A DNA stretch of 60,704 nt, the filler included, from Porpidia crustulata (Eukaryota): assembly GCA_964255105.1 (NCBI GenBank). It is 9 parts of 9 records of this genome, joined end to end, with 100 filler letters (N's around TTAATTAATTAA, not from the genome) between each part and the next. Parts side by side here need not be neighbours in the genome. Positions count along the whole stretch, not along the records: positions 33,834 to 40,483 come from CAXUWE010001487.1; positions 40,584 to 47,232 come from CAXUWE010001488.1; positions 47,333 to 53,969 come from CAXUWE010001489.1; 6 more parts are not named here. One strand, given 5' to 3'. This document shows positions 39,276 through 51,105 of the stretch, in pieces. Made by a program: the position numbers and the translations under genes. Position 1 is the stretch's first letter. Each line of letters opens with the position of its first letter. The notes beneath the pieces are model-generated. The model saw nothing but the letters and a program-made list of their open reading frames with translations. It did no database searches and had not been told where the DNA came from.

Positions 39276-40092
39276 AATCTTTAATGGATGCGCTCCGAGC
39301 GCCTGTATTCCGAGATGGGCTAAGAAAGTCGTCCGGTCTATTCACAGCGGTCTAAGACTCGCAGTAACGAGTGCGCGGCTACCATGCTACAGCGTGTTGT
39401 GGTTCTTCGATTCAGGAGTCGGGTTGAAGATCTACTTGGTGGGATGAGTCGGAATTTTGAGTTGTAAAATTGAACAAGAGATGTAGGTCGGAAGAAGTAC
39501 CAGCTCCTCCTCGGACTTGATGGCTTTGTCACAGTCAGACAATGGGCTTTATCGGGGGTCAGCACCAGCTTGAGGCTGATCCGGCACTAGCCGCTTTTGT
39601 GAGGTGCGTCAGGCACGGAATTCATGCAGCCAATCCGGTCTGACTATCTAACAGTGAACTCAGTTCCGCATTATCAAAGTAAATACGACTTGATCTTGCT
39701 CTCTGAGGACCGGAACTTGATGTTCAAATACTTATAGGCATTTGCATACCGGAGTGAAGGGGCGTCTCTTGTTTGATCCCTAATGCAGATTTCGGTAGCC
39801 GGCAACCTTTTGCTTCACAACTCCTCATAGTTGCAAAGCAATGTCCATATTCATCTATGAGCATTTCTCTCCACAGTAGATGACCATCTCTTTGTAGAAT
39901 TTGAGAAGCTTCGCGTCAAAAGCCTAAATTTTGACCGTTAAACGTCGCTTTGGCGGGATCGGCTATCAGGGTATCTAGTGATCCCTGCACGTCTAAAGGT
40001 ATTAATAGAGGCACAACTATGAACGGATGATGAACACTTAATTGCATACACACCTAGTATGATCGTAAAGTCTGCCAACGACAAGGATCATC

Positions 40093-40483
40093 ATGGACCA
40101 AACCCAGCAAAAAGCTCTCAACGCCCTTGAATCCTACGTCCTTCTTGCCAAATCCGCAACCTCCCCTCGCGCCGCCATCGACCTGATCACCCAAGCTACC
40201 TCCGCCCCGAATACCTACGTCTTCGCTGAACTCCTCCAAACCCCCAATATCCAAGCTCTCCGCATCGCACCCTCAGATCAGTCCTCCTATCTCATCCTCC
40301 TCGAGATTTTCGCCTGGGGGACCTGGGCCGACTATCAATGTAATCGCCCTAACTACCCAATACCCCCAACCTATACTCCGCAAAAGCTAATATATTTCCT
40401 CAAATCGCAGCAATACCCAACCTGCCCCCCTTATCAGAGCCCCAATCCCACAAACTTCGTCAACTAACCCTCCTCACCCTCTC
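40093..40483 (+). CDS. CSN7: COP9 signalosome subunit 7 (PCI domain), 5' part
   Basis: MDQTQQKALNALESYVLLAKSATSPRAAIDLITQATSAPNTYVFAELL...LEIFAWGTWADY, an intron, then PNLPPLSEPQSHKLRQLTLLTL. Confidence 0.85.
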
Positions 40484-40583
40484 NNNNNNNNNNNNNNNNN
40501 NNNNNNNNNNNNNNNNNNNNNNNNNNNTTAATTAATTAANNNNNNNNNNNNNNNNNNNNNNNNNNNNNNNNNNNNNNNNNNNN
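40484..40583. other. Artificial contig linker
   Basis: N44-TTAATTAATTAA-N44. Confidence 0.98.
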
Positions 40584-40587
40584 GTAC

Positions 40588-40629
40588 CTGGTCGAGGCAG
40601 TCTTGGAGTTGGGTGAGGATGTCGGCCAT
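40588..40629 (-). CDS. MED21: Mediator subunit Med21/Srb7, first exon only
   Basis: MADILTQLQDCLDQ followed by a GTAC donor at the contig edge; characteristic Med21 N-terminus. Confidence 0.8.
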
Positions 40630-41895
40630 GATTGGAGTTGGTTTTATTGGCTCGTATGCGGCTGGCTGTGCTGTCGAAATTGCGGTCAATGAGTCATTTG
40701 GTATCGTCAAGACCCAGGAGAGCTGTGCTGGATTTAGTGCGATGAGGTGCATTATCTCGGCTGGCGGAGTGGTTGAGGGCGCTAGCTTAGCCCCAGCCAC
40801 GTTAACATCCATTGTGATGATAGGTACCATAGCTTTCAACTACACGAGTACAGCTGTCAACGACCAATGTCAACAGGCTCGCGTGGCAGCTATCTACACA
40901 TCCATGCGAGGCATAAGGTAATTGGCCTTCCTGGCTAAAGCACAAATGACAAATGGCATGCAGCTGACTATCCTATGAGTGCGGCGTTGACATGTATTCG
41001 ACCCTCATCTGTCCTTGCTGACGGCCATCATGGATAACCCTCAAGCCTCCCATAAATTGCAGTGAGATGGAAGAAACGGCCAATCCAACCTGAGGGACAG
41101 CATGCGCCGGCTCAGCATCGGCCGGTGAGAGGGGCTTCTGGTGCGCTATTTTCCGGATGTGGTAAATGTCCTCCAGAAGGAAGGCCTGGTTTCGAGGCCG
41201 CCAATCATCGAATTTTGGTAACCATAACGTTATGCTACTATAGTACTGTGTACCACGAAATCTGCCATTTAAGTTCCAAAGATGTCAGCAACACCCGTAT
41301 ATCTATACCCAATGGCAATCCCTTGGGCCTCCGTGCATGGTATGTGCACTGCCCTAGTGCGCCCATCCTTCTGCCTTGTCCTCGGACACCACTGAGATCC
41401 TCTGTCGAAAACGGCAGCGATACAGATCAAGACTGCAGTGTTAGTACTAAAGATTTACGTACTATAATCAGGGTATTCCGGCTTCTCGGGATCAGTGTGT
41501 AAGATGTCACACGCAAAGCCACTCGAAATGACAGGGATAGGGGGCGCAAAGCCTCTGGTGCAACCTACTACTCGTCTCCAAGACTGATCTCGATTGTTCG
41601 CATTGTATGCCTTGGGAAGAGCCTATAGCATTCGGTGCGAGACAGCTGATTCTGATTGTCCTGTTTCTTTCAGTTCTTTTCTCTCATTTCTTCAAAAATC
41701 CGGACATTTCTCACAACGCTATTGAACTCTACGTGCCCACCTGAGCCTACGACCTACAGCTTCTGCCCAGCAATGATTGCAGACGCTACACTTTTATATC
41801 CGCCCCACTCCTCTTAAATCTGACAGACTCTTTAACTTGCTGCTTTATATGTGCTGCCTTTGTACTAGATATTGTTCTCTACTTTCTGCGGATCG

Positions 41896-44053
41896 ATGTC
41901 TACGATGAGCGACCCTGAGGGTTTTATCACGAAATCCGCACAATGGAAAAGGCCACATTTCCCACCATGGACCTCGCACATTAACGAGGATGGTAGCTGT
42001 GGTGATGGGTTCAACGTATATTTCGACGATGACCCGCCACTCCAATTCGACAGGTTTATAGGAGAGGGCAACAATGGGACAGTGAACGCGATGAAGTGCG
42101 AGAAAAACGAAGAACTGGTGGCAGTCAAGAGAATCCGGATTGACATGGTCAGAGATTCTATGGTTGCCCTGCAGAACGAGGTCCGGAGTCTTCAGCAGCT
42201 CTCGCACTATCACGTTCTAGACATAGTCGGAACGTACATACACGGAGACTATTTCTTTTTGATGACGCTTCCAGTAGCCCAATGCTCATTGTATAGCTAC
42301 TTAAGACACGCCACGAAATATCCGCCACACAAATTGATTGATCAATGCGGACGGCCTGATGAAATCCTTCCGACACTCTTTGGCTGCCTTGCGAATGGCT
42401 TGCGCTATATACATCGGGAAAAAATGAGGCACATGGACATTAAGCCTGATAATATCATCTTGATTAACGGGCGGTGTTTGTTTGCAGACTTCGGCATCGC
42501 GCGCAAGTTTGCAACTCGAAGTACCTCGGACACACCAGTGTCAAGGACGCACAAGGTAAGACCTGTTTCCAAAGCATTTGTAGACGTGGTGGTTTGCTTA
42601 TCAGGAAATAGTATGCCGCACCTGAAATTGCGCGAAACGATTATCACAACCGAGCTTCTGATATGTTTTCGCTTGGTTTGGTATTTGCCGAAGTATTTGC
42701 AGTATACAGAGGCTACTCTTACAGCGACTTCCGAGCATTCATTCCGGGCCACTACCACACATGTGTACCTAAGATACTCAAGAAACTCAGAGATATCGCC
42801 ACCGATAAGCGGTGTGACGTACAAATTTTGGTCCTCATAGAAGGCATGCTGGACGAGTCCAGATTCAATCGCCCGGATGCCGATACGGTTTGGAAGCGTG
42901 CAACAACCTGTACGAACTCTTCCACAAGCACTGGGAACGTATACTTTTGTGGACCCTGTTGCATGCCATACCTTTCCAGCGTAGGCCTTCGACAAATGCC
43001 TTTACAACTCGACTTTTCAAAACTGCCTTATCATGCGGACATTCCCCTCGTGAATCATCCCCCTTTTGGAAAAGACCCAAATTTTGAGGTATGGCATAGA
43101 CCAAACGAACCTCTTGGATTTGAATGGGTACGAAACCTACGTCACGCTTCGTACTCATTCCATGATGTTGTAAAATGTGCCTCTGAGCGAGCTCAGCTTG
43201 GGCGGAAGATAGTGCTGAGCCTGCCAAACCAGACAGTCGATGTGGCAACAGCAGCACGAAAAGAGGCAAAGTTGATGTGGCAGCTCACGCATCGCCACGT
43301 TATCAATTTGAAAGGAACATATAGGCAGGGGAACGTCTTTGGTTTGCTGTTTCACCCAGCTGCAGATTATGATCTGCGAACCTACCTCCAAGCGATCGAG
43401 TTACAGAACGCCAAAGTCTCAACACCCAACCTGAAGTTCTTAGCGGAGAGCTTCGGCTGCTTGGCCAGTGCATTAAACTACGTTCATGATAGCAGTGTTT
43501 TCCATGGAGATGTAAAGCCAGAAAACATCCTGGTCCATGCTGGACGAGTGTTCCTCGCCAAGTTTGGTCAAGCATCGAACTACAGATGTTTATCCGTCAC
43601 AGACACCATGGAAAGGAAGGAAGGGTCAGATCCCTCTGATCTGGTAAGCAACTCGGTCAAATGACGAATACTGGGACTGACTAGATCTTGACATAGTACC
43701 GATCACCAGAGTGGCGAACCGTTAAGGCAGCAGGAGAGCCAATGTCGGATGTCTTCTCCTTGGGCTGCACTTTTATCGAGATGTTTACTGTTCTCAAGGG
43801 TCGGAGAGTCCGCGATCTGACGTCCATTCTAAATGCTAATGGAATCACGCCCTATCGAGATAGCATCCTTGAGTTGGGTGAATGGATGAATAATCTACAC
43901 TCCGACGACGAAACGTATCTTAAAGATACTATTGACCAAATGATACACCAAGACCCAGATGGCAGACTCTCAATTGCACAGGTGTTTGAGAATCTAAAGA
44001 CCTGTGGCACTATTGGGACGCCGTCATTCTGCGGCTCTTTTTGTCGTGACTAA
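41896..44053 (+). CDS. Tandem Ser/Thr kinase-pseudokinase protein (~682 aa; exons 41896-42555, 42612-43643, 43697-44053)
   Basis: Domain 1: IGEGNNGTV, VAVK, NEV, HMDIKPDN, DFG, YAAPE, SDMFSLG. Domain 2: GRK, KEA, HGDVKPEN, KFG, YRSPE, SDVFSLG. Both GTAAG...AG introns restore the frame exactly. Confidence 0.88.
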
Positions 44054-44595
44054 TTTGACTGCCTGCCCTTCAGTTGAAAGATTGTATTCATATTGGGCCA
44101 GCAAATTCTTTTCTTAATTCCTGATCTGCCATCGTCACTTGCCGTGTCTCGTCTGATCAGGCCATGTCGAGAAAGATGGATATTCTCTCATGCATACGCT
44201 TTCGCGTCTTTTCGATGACACTGATGGCGATGGCTCTGATTTGGACAACATGCGTCTCAGTGGGCGACTATGTAGTACAGTGCGTGGAAATCCCACATAA
44301 GCAAAGAAACCTCGATCCCAAAAAGTTGCCCTTTTTGACCACGCGATCGCTCTCTGGTCGTACACCAAAAGATCCGATGAGTCAAGATTAAAGAAGCAAT
44401 TTCCAACACAAGCTCAGTCCAAGCGACTTTGCGCGTATAGAAAGTCTAGATGGTTCTTTCGATGTGCTTCTTTGCCGGGTTCCTCTCCTCATTGCCTTGG
44501 CTGTGCATTCGAGTTTGACTTGGATTAGATATCAGTCAACTTCGGCATGGGATCAAACCCTAGTGATAGATCGAGGTTAAAGTGATTTCAGCACA

Positions 44596-46576
44596 TCAGC
44601 AGCGAATTTTGTTCAAACTTTGGACCACGTTCTTTTGGAAAGCTTCCGACAGCGACAAAGCTTGCATTTCATCGTCAGTCGCTTCGCAACATACAGATTC
44701 CAGACTACCGTCTAAGCAAGCCTTGACGACGTTTTGGTAGCGAGTTCCAACTTTCGCCGCAAGTTGATCCATCGTCGACTTTGATAACAGGCTTTCCCTT
44801 GACCGTCTTGTCCTTGCTGATCGAGCCAGACTCAGATTCTCAATCATCAGTATCTCTTCTATACATTTCCAGTGTGCAATTTCAATAAGGATGACACCAA
44901 CGCTATAGATGTCATAGGACTTGCGGAAAGACACCCCAGGACTTTGACCGTGGGCATGGGGGTGGCGATAAACGTCAAATTCCGGATTATTGGGAGGTAA
45001 TTCAGTCATCTCGTCCCTATACGATGGACGGGAGAAGTCAAAGCCACAGAGATATGGTTTGCTGAGGTCAAACCCGTCATTTCGACTGGCATCTAGAAAA
45101 AAGACTACATTTGCGCTTCGAAGCGCTTTGTGCAACCAATTGACCGAGTGGAGACATGAGAGCGTATTGGCTAGTATATTTGCTACTTCGATGCGTTCTG
45201 TTAACGAAGGTTCATCTCCTTGACGGCAATTCCTGATGATTTGACGCAAGGAGGTTGGCTGGGACGATGGGATGGCGGCATCTGGATATTCGAAGACAAA
45301 TCCAATTCGAGATTCTTTGGCATTGTGATTAAGCTTATCGACACATACACTCTCATCAAGATAGCCTATACACCGAGGTACCCGAAAGCCGGCTGGCTTG
45401 TTGTCTTTATGGAGTAAGGCGGCCAATTTCTGCAAACGCTCCATGACCAAGGGCTCTGGACCCGATTGCCCTCGCGGAGGACTTTCGTAAAACTTCCATT
45501 CTACCCAGACATTTGTTCTGCTCTGCTCTGTTTGCCGATAGACTGCCCGGCAACGTGTCGCACGAAAATCTTCGTCCATTCTATTATCATTATCGATGAT
45601 TTCGACATCTGCTGGCTTCAGGCTCATCCTCTCTATTTGTGTGAGCGTTTTCCTCCGAGGGGTTTCCTGGCCATCATTGGGCAGCTCTTGCCGCTCTATC
45701 ATTGAAGTGTTAAAGGACTTGAAGGTGGCCAGTTCGGCCAATTGGTCCACCTGCTGAACGTGGACTATCCCCATCTCGCTCAACGCTTTGGGCAGCGTCT
45801 CAGCATTTCCCGTTTGCTTCTGTCCCAACTCGAGCTTTAAAGCTTTGACTAGTTGATCGAGATCATCAACTTTACTATACAATTGCAGTACTCCTCGGCT
45901 AGTCTCCAAGGTGGCCCGATGGATCTCCTTTTGCATGTTATTACCCACAATGCTGAGGATACCGTTGTTGATATTGGTCAAGTGTTCGAGCATGGACTGA
46001 AATTTTGACTTGTCCCAGGAAGCCCACACGAAATATTTAGGGATGTGCTGCACCTCACGCACACCCCGAAGTGCCTTCTTTAACAGGTCGTTCCGCCTCG
46101 GATACTTACTTATTCGCTCCTGCACAAATAGAGTTGCTCCTGAAAGCCCTGTATCTGGTTTTTCTTCGGATCTCGCTTCCACGTCTTCTTTATCATTTCC
46201 TATGTATCTCAAATGCCATTTCTCAAAATCCTTCACAAGAAGCTGGACCTGCATTAACTGATCGAGGATAAGGTGTCGAGTGGCACCTCCAAAAGTCTCT
46301 TCGAATGCCACTCCCTTCCACTGCCCTGAATCCAGCTCCAGCAACCCAGACGCTTCTCCCCAACTGAGCAGCCTCTGCTGTTCTAATTGTAGTCTAATGT
46401 TCAAATAGTGGCAGTCTCCTGGCATACCCGCCGCAGTGGTCAGGAACTGGATTCCTGGATAATAGCCGCAGGTTAGCCCTCTTTCATACTCTCGGCGTAG
46501 AGCGCAGACCTTGAATAGCTCCAGAATAGACCTGGAAGGCTAGCGAGGCTACTGCTAGTGAAGTATTCGAATCCAT
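44596..46576 (-). CDS. HeLo-domain plus kinase-like (pseudokinase) protein (~641 aa; exons 46576-46510, 46454-44596)
   Basis: N-terminus MDSNTSLAVASLAFQVYSGAIQG|IQFL...IRLQLEQQRLLSWGEASGL...WASWDKSKFQSMLEHLTNINNGI (HeLo signature); C-terminal VEWK, WLHKALRSANVVFF, PYLCGFDFSRP, YRHP, DIYSVGVILIEIAHW. Confidence 0.88.
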
Positions 46577-47232
46577 CGTCGTTCGCGATGAAGTGCTCAG
46601 CAGAGCTACCTGTCAACCAAACAAATACAAAGCCAAAAACGCAGCATTCAACCCATACGAAAACCCATAAAGAAGGAAATTTTGGCAGCGAGCCCTGCAA
46701 GAAAAAGCCCTCAGGACGAGGCGGAGAACTGGTGAAAAATCGAAGGACAATGACGACGCAAAAGCCGCGGGGCCGAACCGCATCCAGTCCACGGTAGCAC
46801 ACACTAGCGAGTTCTCCTCAACGCACACCCGACCATCCTGATAGGTCGATCAAGCATGTAAGAAGTAAGCCTCGCGCGCCTTGGGCGCATACAAGGCGGC
46901 CTATGGGCTTCTGCTCACCAAAATGCGAACCCGGCACTGTCTTATGAATGGACCGCGCTACACTCTTGTCTTCCGATTCTGTGCGATTCGTGGTATGACG
47001 CTGGAGAAGTTGCTGTTGCTGTCGCTGTCGCACATGGTCGCTCAAAGCGCTGTATCGCGCTGGCACTTTACGTTCGGGAAACGGGGAGAAAGAGATAAAA
47101 GAAACACTGTAAACATATGCCGCTTCACCCCTCTCCCGCTTTCCATACCACGTCCACTCTAAGAAAAACCAAAACAAATTCCCACTCCATCCCAACCTTC
47201 CGCTCTCTCCCCGCCCTCGCTCGATACTCATC

Positions 47233-47332
47233 NNNNNNNNNNNNNNNNNNNNNNNNNNNNNNNNNNNNNNNNNNNNTTAATTAATTAANNNNNNNNNNNN
47301 NNNNNNNNNNNNNNNNNNNNNNNNNNNNNNNN
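47233..47332. other. Artificial contig linker
   Basis: N44-TTAATTAATTAA-N44. Confidence 0.98.
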
Positions 47333-50300
47333 GTGGGAAGGGGCGTGGGGGAGGAGGAGAAGGGAGAAAAGACGGACTATCTATGAAGATGATTTATGTA
47401 CAATGTCGGGGGAAAGGGATGAAGTTTCAGATCTACAGATGAGAACTTGTTGATTTTGTAGAGGCGTGCAGATAGTCATTTAGCTATAGCAAACTTGGCG
47501 CAACACTTTGCTAGCCAAAGGCAGCTTAAATCACGTAGAACATCTTTATCAGACAAGAAAACATAGGCTCTCAAGCTACTCCATTATCATCGAGCCTTTA
47601 ACGTCGTGACCTATTCCTTTGAAGGAGAAGCCGCTCAAGCCGGTGCAATCTGGATGAGATCTACCTGTTGCAGATTCCGATTCGTGGGAGTCGGAACCGA
47701 CACTTTGGCTTTGAGGGGGAATGATCACTACTACTGTAGCGTGTTGCCTTGCAACGAAAGAGCCGAGCTTCCTCGTATAATATGTTTATGATTGATGTTT
47801 GGGTTATCAAAGGTGGATGCTATTGAGCCCAAGGTAGTATGGTAGATTCGGATTTGCGAGCGCTGAAGGTTGTTGTAGCTGTTAGATTTGTCTTTATTTC
47901 TTGCTACGGGCCTCACCTATACAGTGGGTTTCCTGATACCATTCGAGAAAATATTCTTATACCGTTGAAAGTATTCCAGATTTAGAGATCTGGTACTTTC
48001 GATCAGATCAATGATACAACCTGCTGCAGATGCTTCCCTCGAACTTCGATATCTTATTGCCGCTGTCCTTGATTATGCAGTTAAATCCTCTTGGATCGTG
48101 GCGGGTCTGCAGATCAAGATTGGATCGATATTCGGATCATTCGACTCATGATATATACACCTCCTTTGTTATTCAAGGAATCACAGGCTTGGACATTACC
48201 ATCTGCGGTCAATATTAACAGGCTTGACATTCAAGATCTTGTTCAACGGAGTTGGATTGACCCCAAGAATTTCGAATAGAGATTATGCGTCGCACTCACA
48301 GCAAAAGCTTCAACGGACGTCGAGTCGATTCCTTCCAGAAACCTATTTTGCGACGCATGATCGATCACAGACAGCATTTGAACGGTGAAGCGGTTTGCAA
48401 GCCGCTGATTCTTATTTCACTTTGATCACGGGCAAGCTAGAAATCTTCTGAGCGAGGGTATCCATATCCAGCTTTCTGATGGAGAGTATGCACACCTGTC
48501 TTCCAGCTCCACGGCCTCGCATGGTAGGTTTGATAGCTTATTGAATTACATTGCATGAAAATTCAACGCCGGTGTCGCTATTAAATACCCGTATACTTTG
48601 AGTAAGACCGCGTCAGCCATCTTGACTCGTTTCCTAGGGCCATCTTGTGAATCTGATGTGTCACAGCTCCCAGTATTGTAAAGGTGACGTGAACTTTGCC
48701 GTACTACTTGTTTCGACATTTATGAGACCGAGTCTCAGCCCTCGAACGTTTCAATGTGCTTCGATTATTAAAATTTGATGGATCATCGAAAAGAGCTTAG
48801 AAGACTGAATATACAACTGAATCCGCTTTAGAAAGAAGATACAATTGTCACGAATGATTTTGATAAATCAATCCTCTACGCTCACAACGGCTAGTATGTT
48901 CAATACTATGCTTTTGGCATTCTCAAGCTCTAGGCTAGCCCAAAGGCAACACAAAAGGGTCGAGCCCCAAGGCCACTAGAGCGGAACAAAAGCAACTCAT
49001 ACACAGACAGACCTCACAAGAAAGTCGAGACGGCAGAGACAAAAAGTGGTACGGTCGAGAAAGCAAAAGGTCATCAGTGGAAAATAGAACAGAAAGGGAA
49101 GGTTTGTACCGAAGGGTTTCCTTCCTGGAACCACGTAACTGACGCTCTCATTAGCTATAAATTAGCTAGTTAGCGAAGTATAAATCAATCAATCAATCAA
49201 TTAAGCTCTGGGTAAAGTTTTTATCATTTGACAGCCCAAACATGGAGATGTCCCAATCTAACAAATTGGTCATTGCGGCACATTTTCTTGCCTCTGGAGC
49301 GTGGACCACCACGTCAGACGTTTAGAGTCATTAGCTTTGACGAGAGATGATCTCATCACAGATTCAGGTCCTCGGTAGCAGCAGACAAGCAATTCGGCAA
49401 AGGTCTTATCTTTGGAACCGCAACAAACCTCCAGAAACCTGTTTTCTTGCTTTTGGCTTGTTCTAGTGATAATTATGGCATTTGGTAACACACAAAACTC
49501 GTGCTTTCTTACTTCATGTTTCACCCCTGGAATTGAAATTAACAGAACACCGTTAGTGTATGAGCACACGTGCACAATATTTGAAGTTGAGCTGATCTTT
49601 CATGCTGATATCTGAATTTTGCGAAATTCCCAAAGACCTCGATTTTGTTTTCGATGGAGATCATCGCGACATTATGTCTTTCTCGATGAAAGACTGATTA
49701 TCCTTAGTGCTCTGTACATTGTCTTGTCGAGTCACTATCTTAGTTTGATATCTCCATGGACAGCCAATCGAGGAAGTGTCTTGGCCGAAAACCAGACGAA
49801 GTATGGCTTGGACCCAGGCATAACTACCAGCCTAGGATTAAAGAGATTCTTTAGTGGATTATAGAACTGGTGCGAGTAAAAAAGGACAGTAGTAATAGAG
49901 ATTATACCCCGGGCGTGTCATATGACCCATGCAAAGACTTATCGGAAACGTGAATTTGCAGGTGGAGCATCAGGAAGCAATCGTACATTAAGCCGTACCT
50001 TTCGTTTCGTGAGTTAAAGGAAGAGATATATCGGAAAAGCGACTAGCATTTGACATATTAAATAGAAAGCTCTCGCATTGGCCGATTACGATCCATGCTC
50101 CTCGTATTAAATCTCGACATATTCAAGAGGGACAGTCGTATATCTTAATCCATTAATTGTGCCCTTGTAGTTTGCGACGGAATATCTCGAGCATTGCACA
50201 ACGAGTAGATTCCGGCCAAAAAAAAAGCCGGCATTGATAAGTGTAGACGCCGAGCCATTTTGAACTGAATTCTCTCTCTTTTCAATGTCTAAGAAGTTGC

Positions 50301-50874
50301 AGTGGTTGTTGACCTTAGTCTTCCGAAAGCGAGTGTCATGAGGTCAGAGACTCTTTATGTACGCACAAAAGTACGTGCACGTAGATAGGAACTTGAGAAC
50401 AGCACTGCCTCATTATGTAGCTGTAGACCATCCCTCAGACGATCGGGGTGGCGAATCATTCAGTTTGTAGTAAGGGCGCCGAGAGACTGTAAGACGAGCA
50501 AAAGATACTTCTCAACACTACTTTCAGGCCAGCCCCGTAGTGTACACATTGTGAAGAATGAGTACTCTAGAATAAGAGAGGTCTGGTAAATCGCGAGCAC
50601 AGGATTCGGGCCATTGGATTATTACTCAGTCTCATTCAAGTCGGGATTGCCAAGCAATCACCCGTCGTTTCGTAGGGCAAGTCTAAGCGATGTGTTGTGG
50701 CTTGATCGGTGGATGACGTGGGGCGATTCAGAGCTGGGGTTAAACTCCAAGTTTCTTCGCGACGTACTATTACGTGCCCTGCATTTTCAGCACTCTTCAC
50801 CCTCCGTTCAATTCTCAGATTTTCCCAATCTGATCTTGCATCGCTGAGGTCCGGAGTCCCTGTCAAGGGTCAAG

Positions 50875-51065
50875 GTGAGAATTTTCTAATCTGTCTTGAA
50901 GGTTTCAGTCTTTGTCTTATTGCGCGTCATGCAAGTGCCCTCTCTGAATTCCAATTCTAAATATCCTGTTCGTCTAGAACATCTGTTGCCTATTTTTCTA
51001 TTTAACAAGTTGCTCAATGCTTGTGTGCTTCAGCCAATTTGTGACTTTTACTAACTAATTCCCAG
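50875..51065 (+). other. Probable 5'-UTR intron of the ELO-family gene
   Basis: GTGAGA donor, perfect TACTAAC branch site at 51049-51055, CAG acceptor 40 nt upstream of CCACCATG. Confidence 0.5.
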
Positions 51066-51105
51066 AGCTGTCAACTTCGACTTGGTCCTTAGCCCTTCAG
51101 CCACC

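Noticed and set aside
36112..39447. Many 60-130 aa antisense ORFs over CCC2 (likewise over MYO1, MFS and ELO)
   Set aside because: They are shadow ORFs of well-supported genes on the opposite strand.
32419..46576. Apparent cluster of two HeLo/HeLo-like genes
   Set aside because: They are separated by two artificial linkers and lie on different contigs.
41896..46576. Searched for amyloid signalling motifs (HET-s PFD, PP/RHIM, sigma) in both kinase genes
   Set aside because: No G/N/Q-rich pseudo-repeat seen at the termini or in the linkers.
47333..50870. Short ORFs and an (ATCA)4 microsatellite in a long intergenic stretch
   Set aside because: No recognisable protein, RNA gene or TE hallmark.
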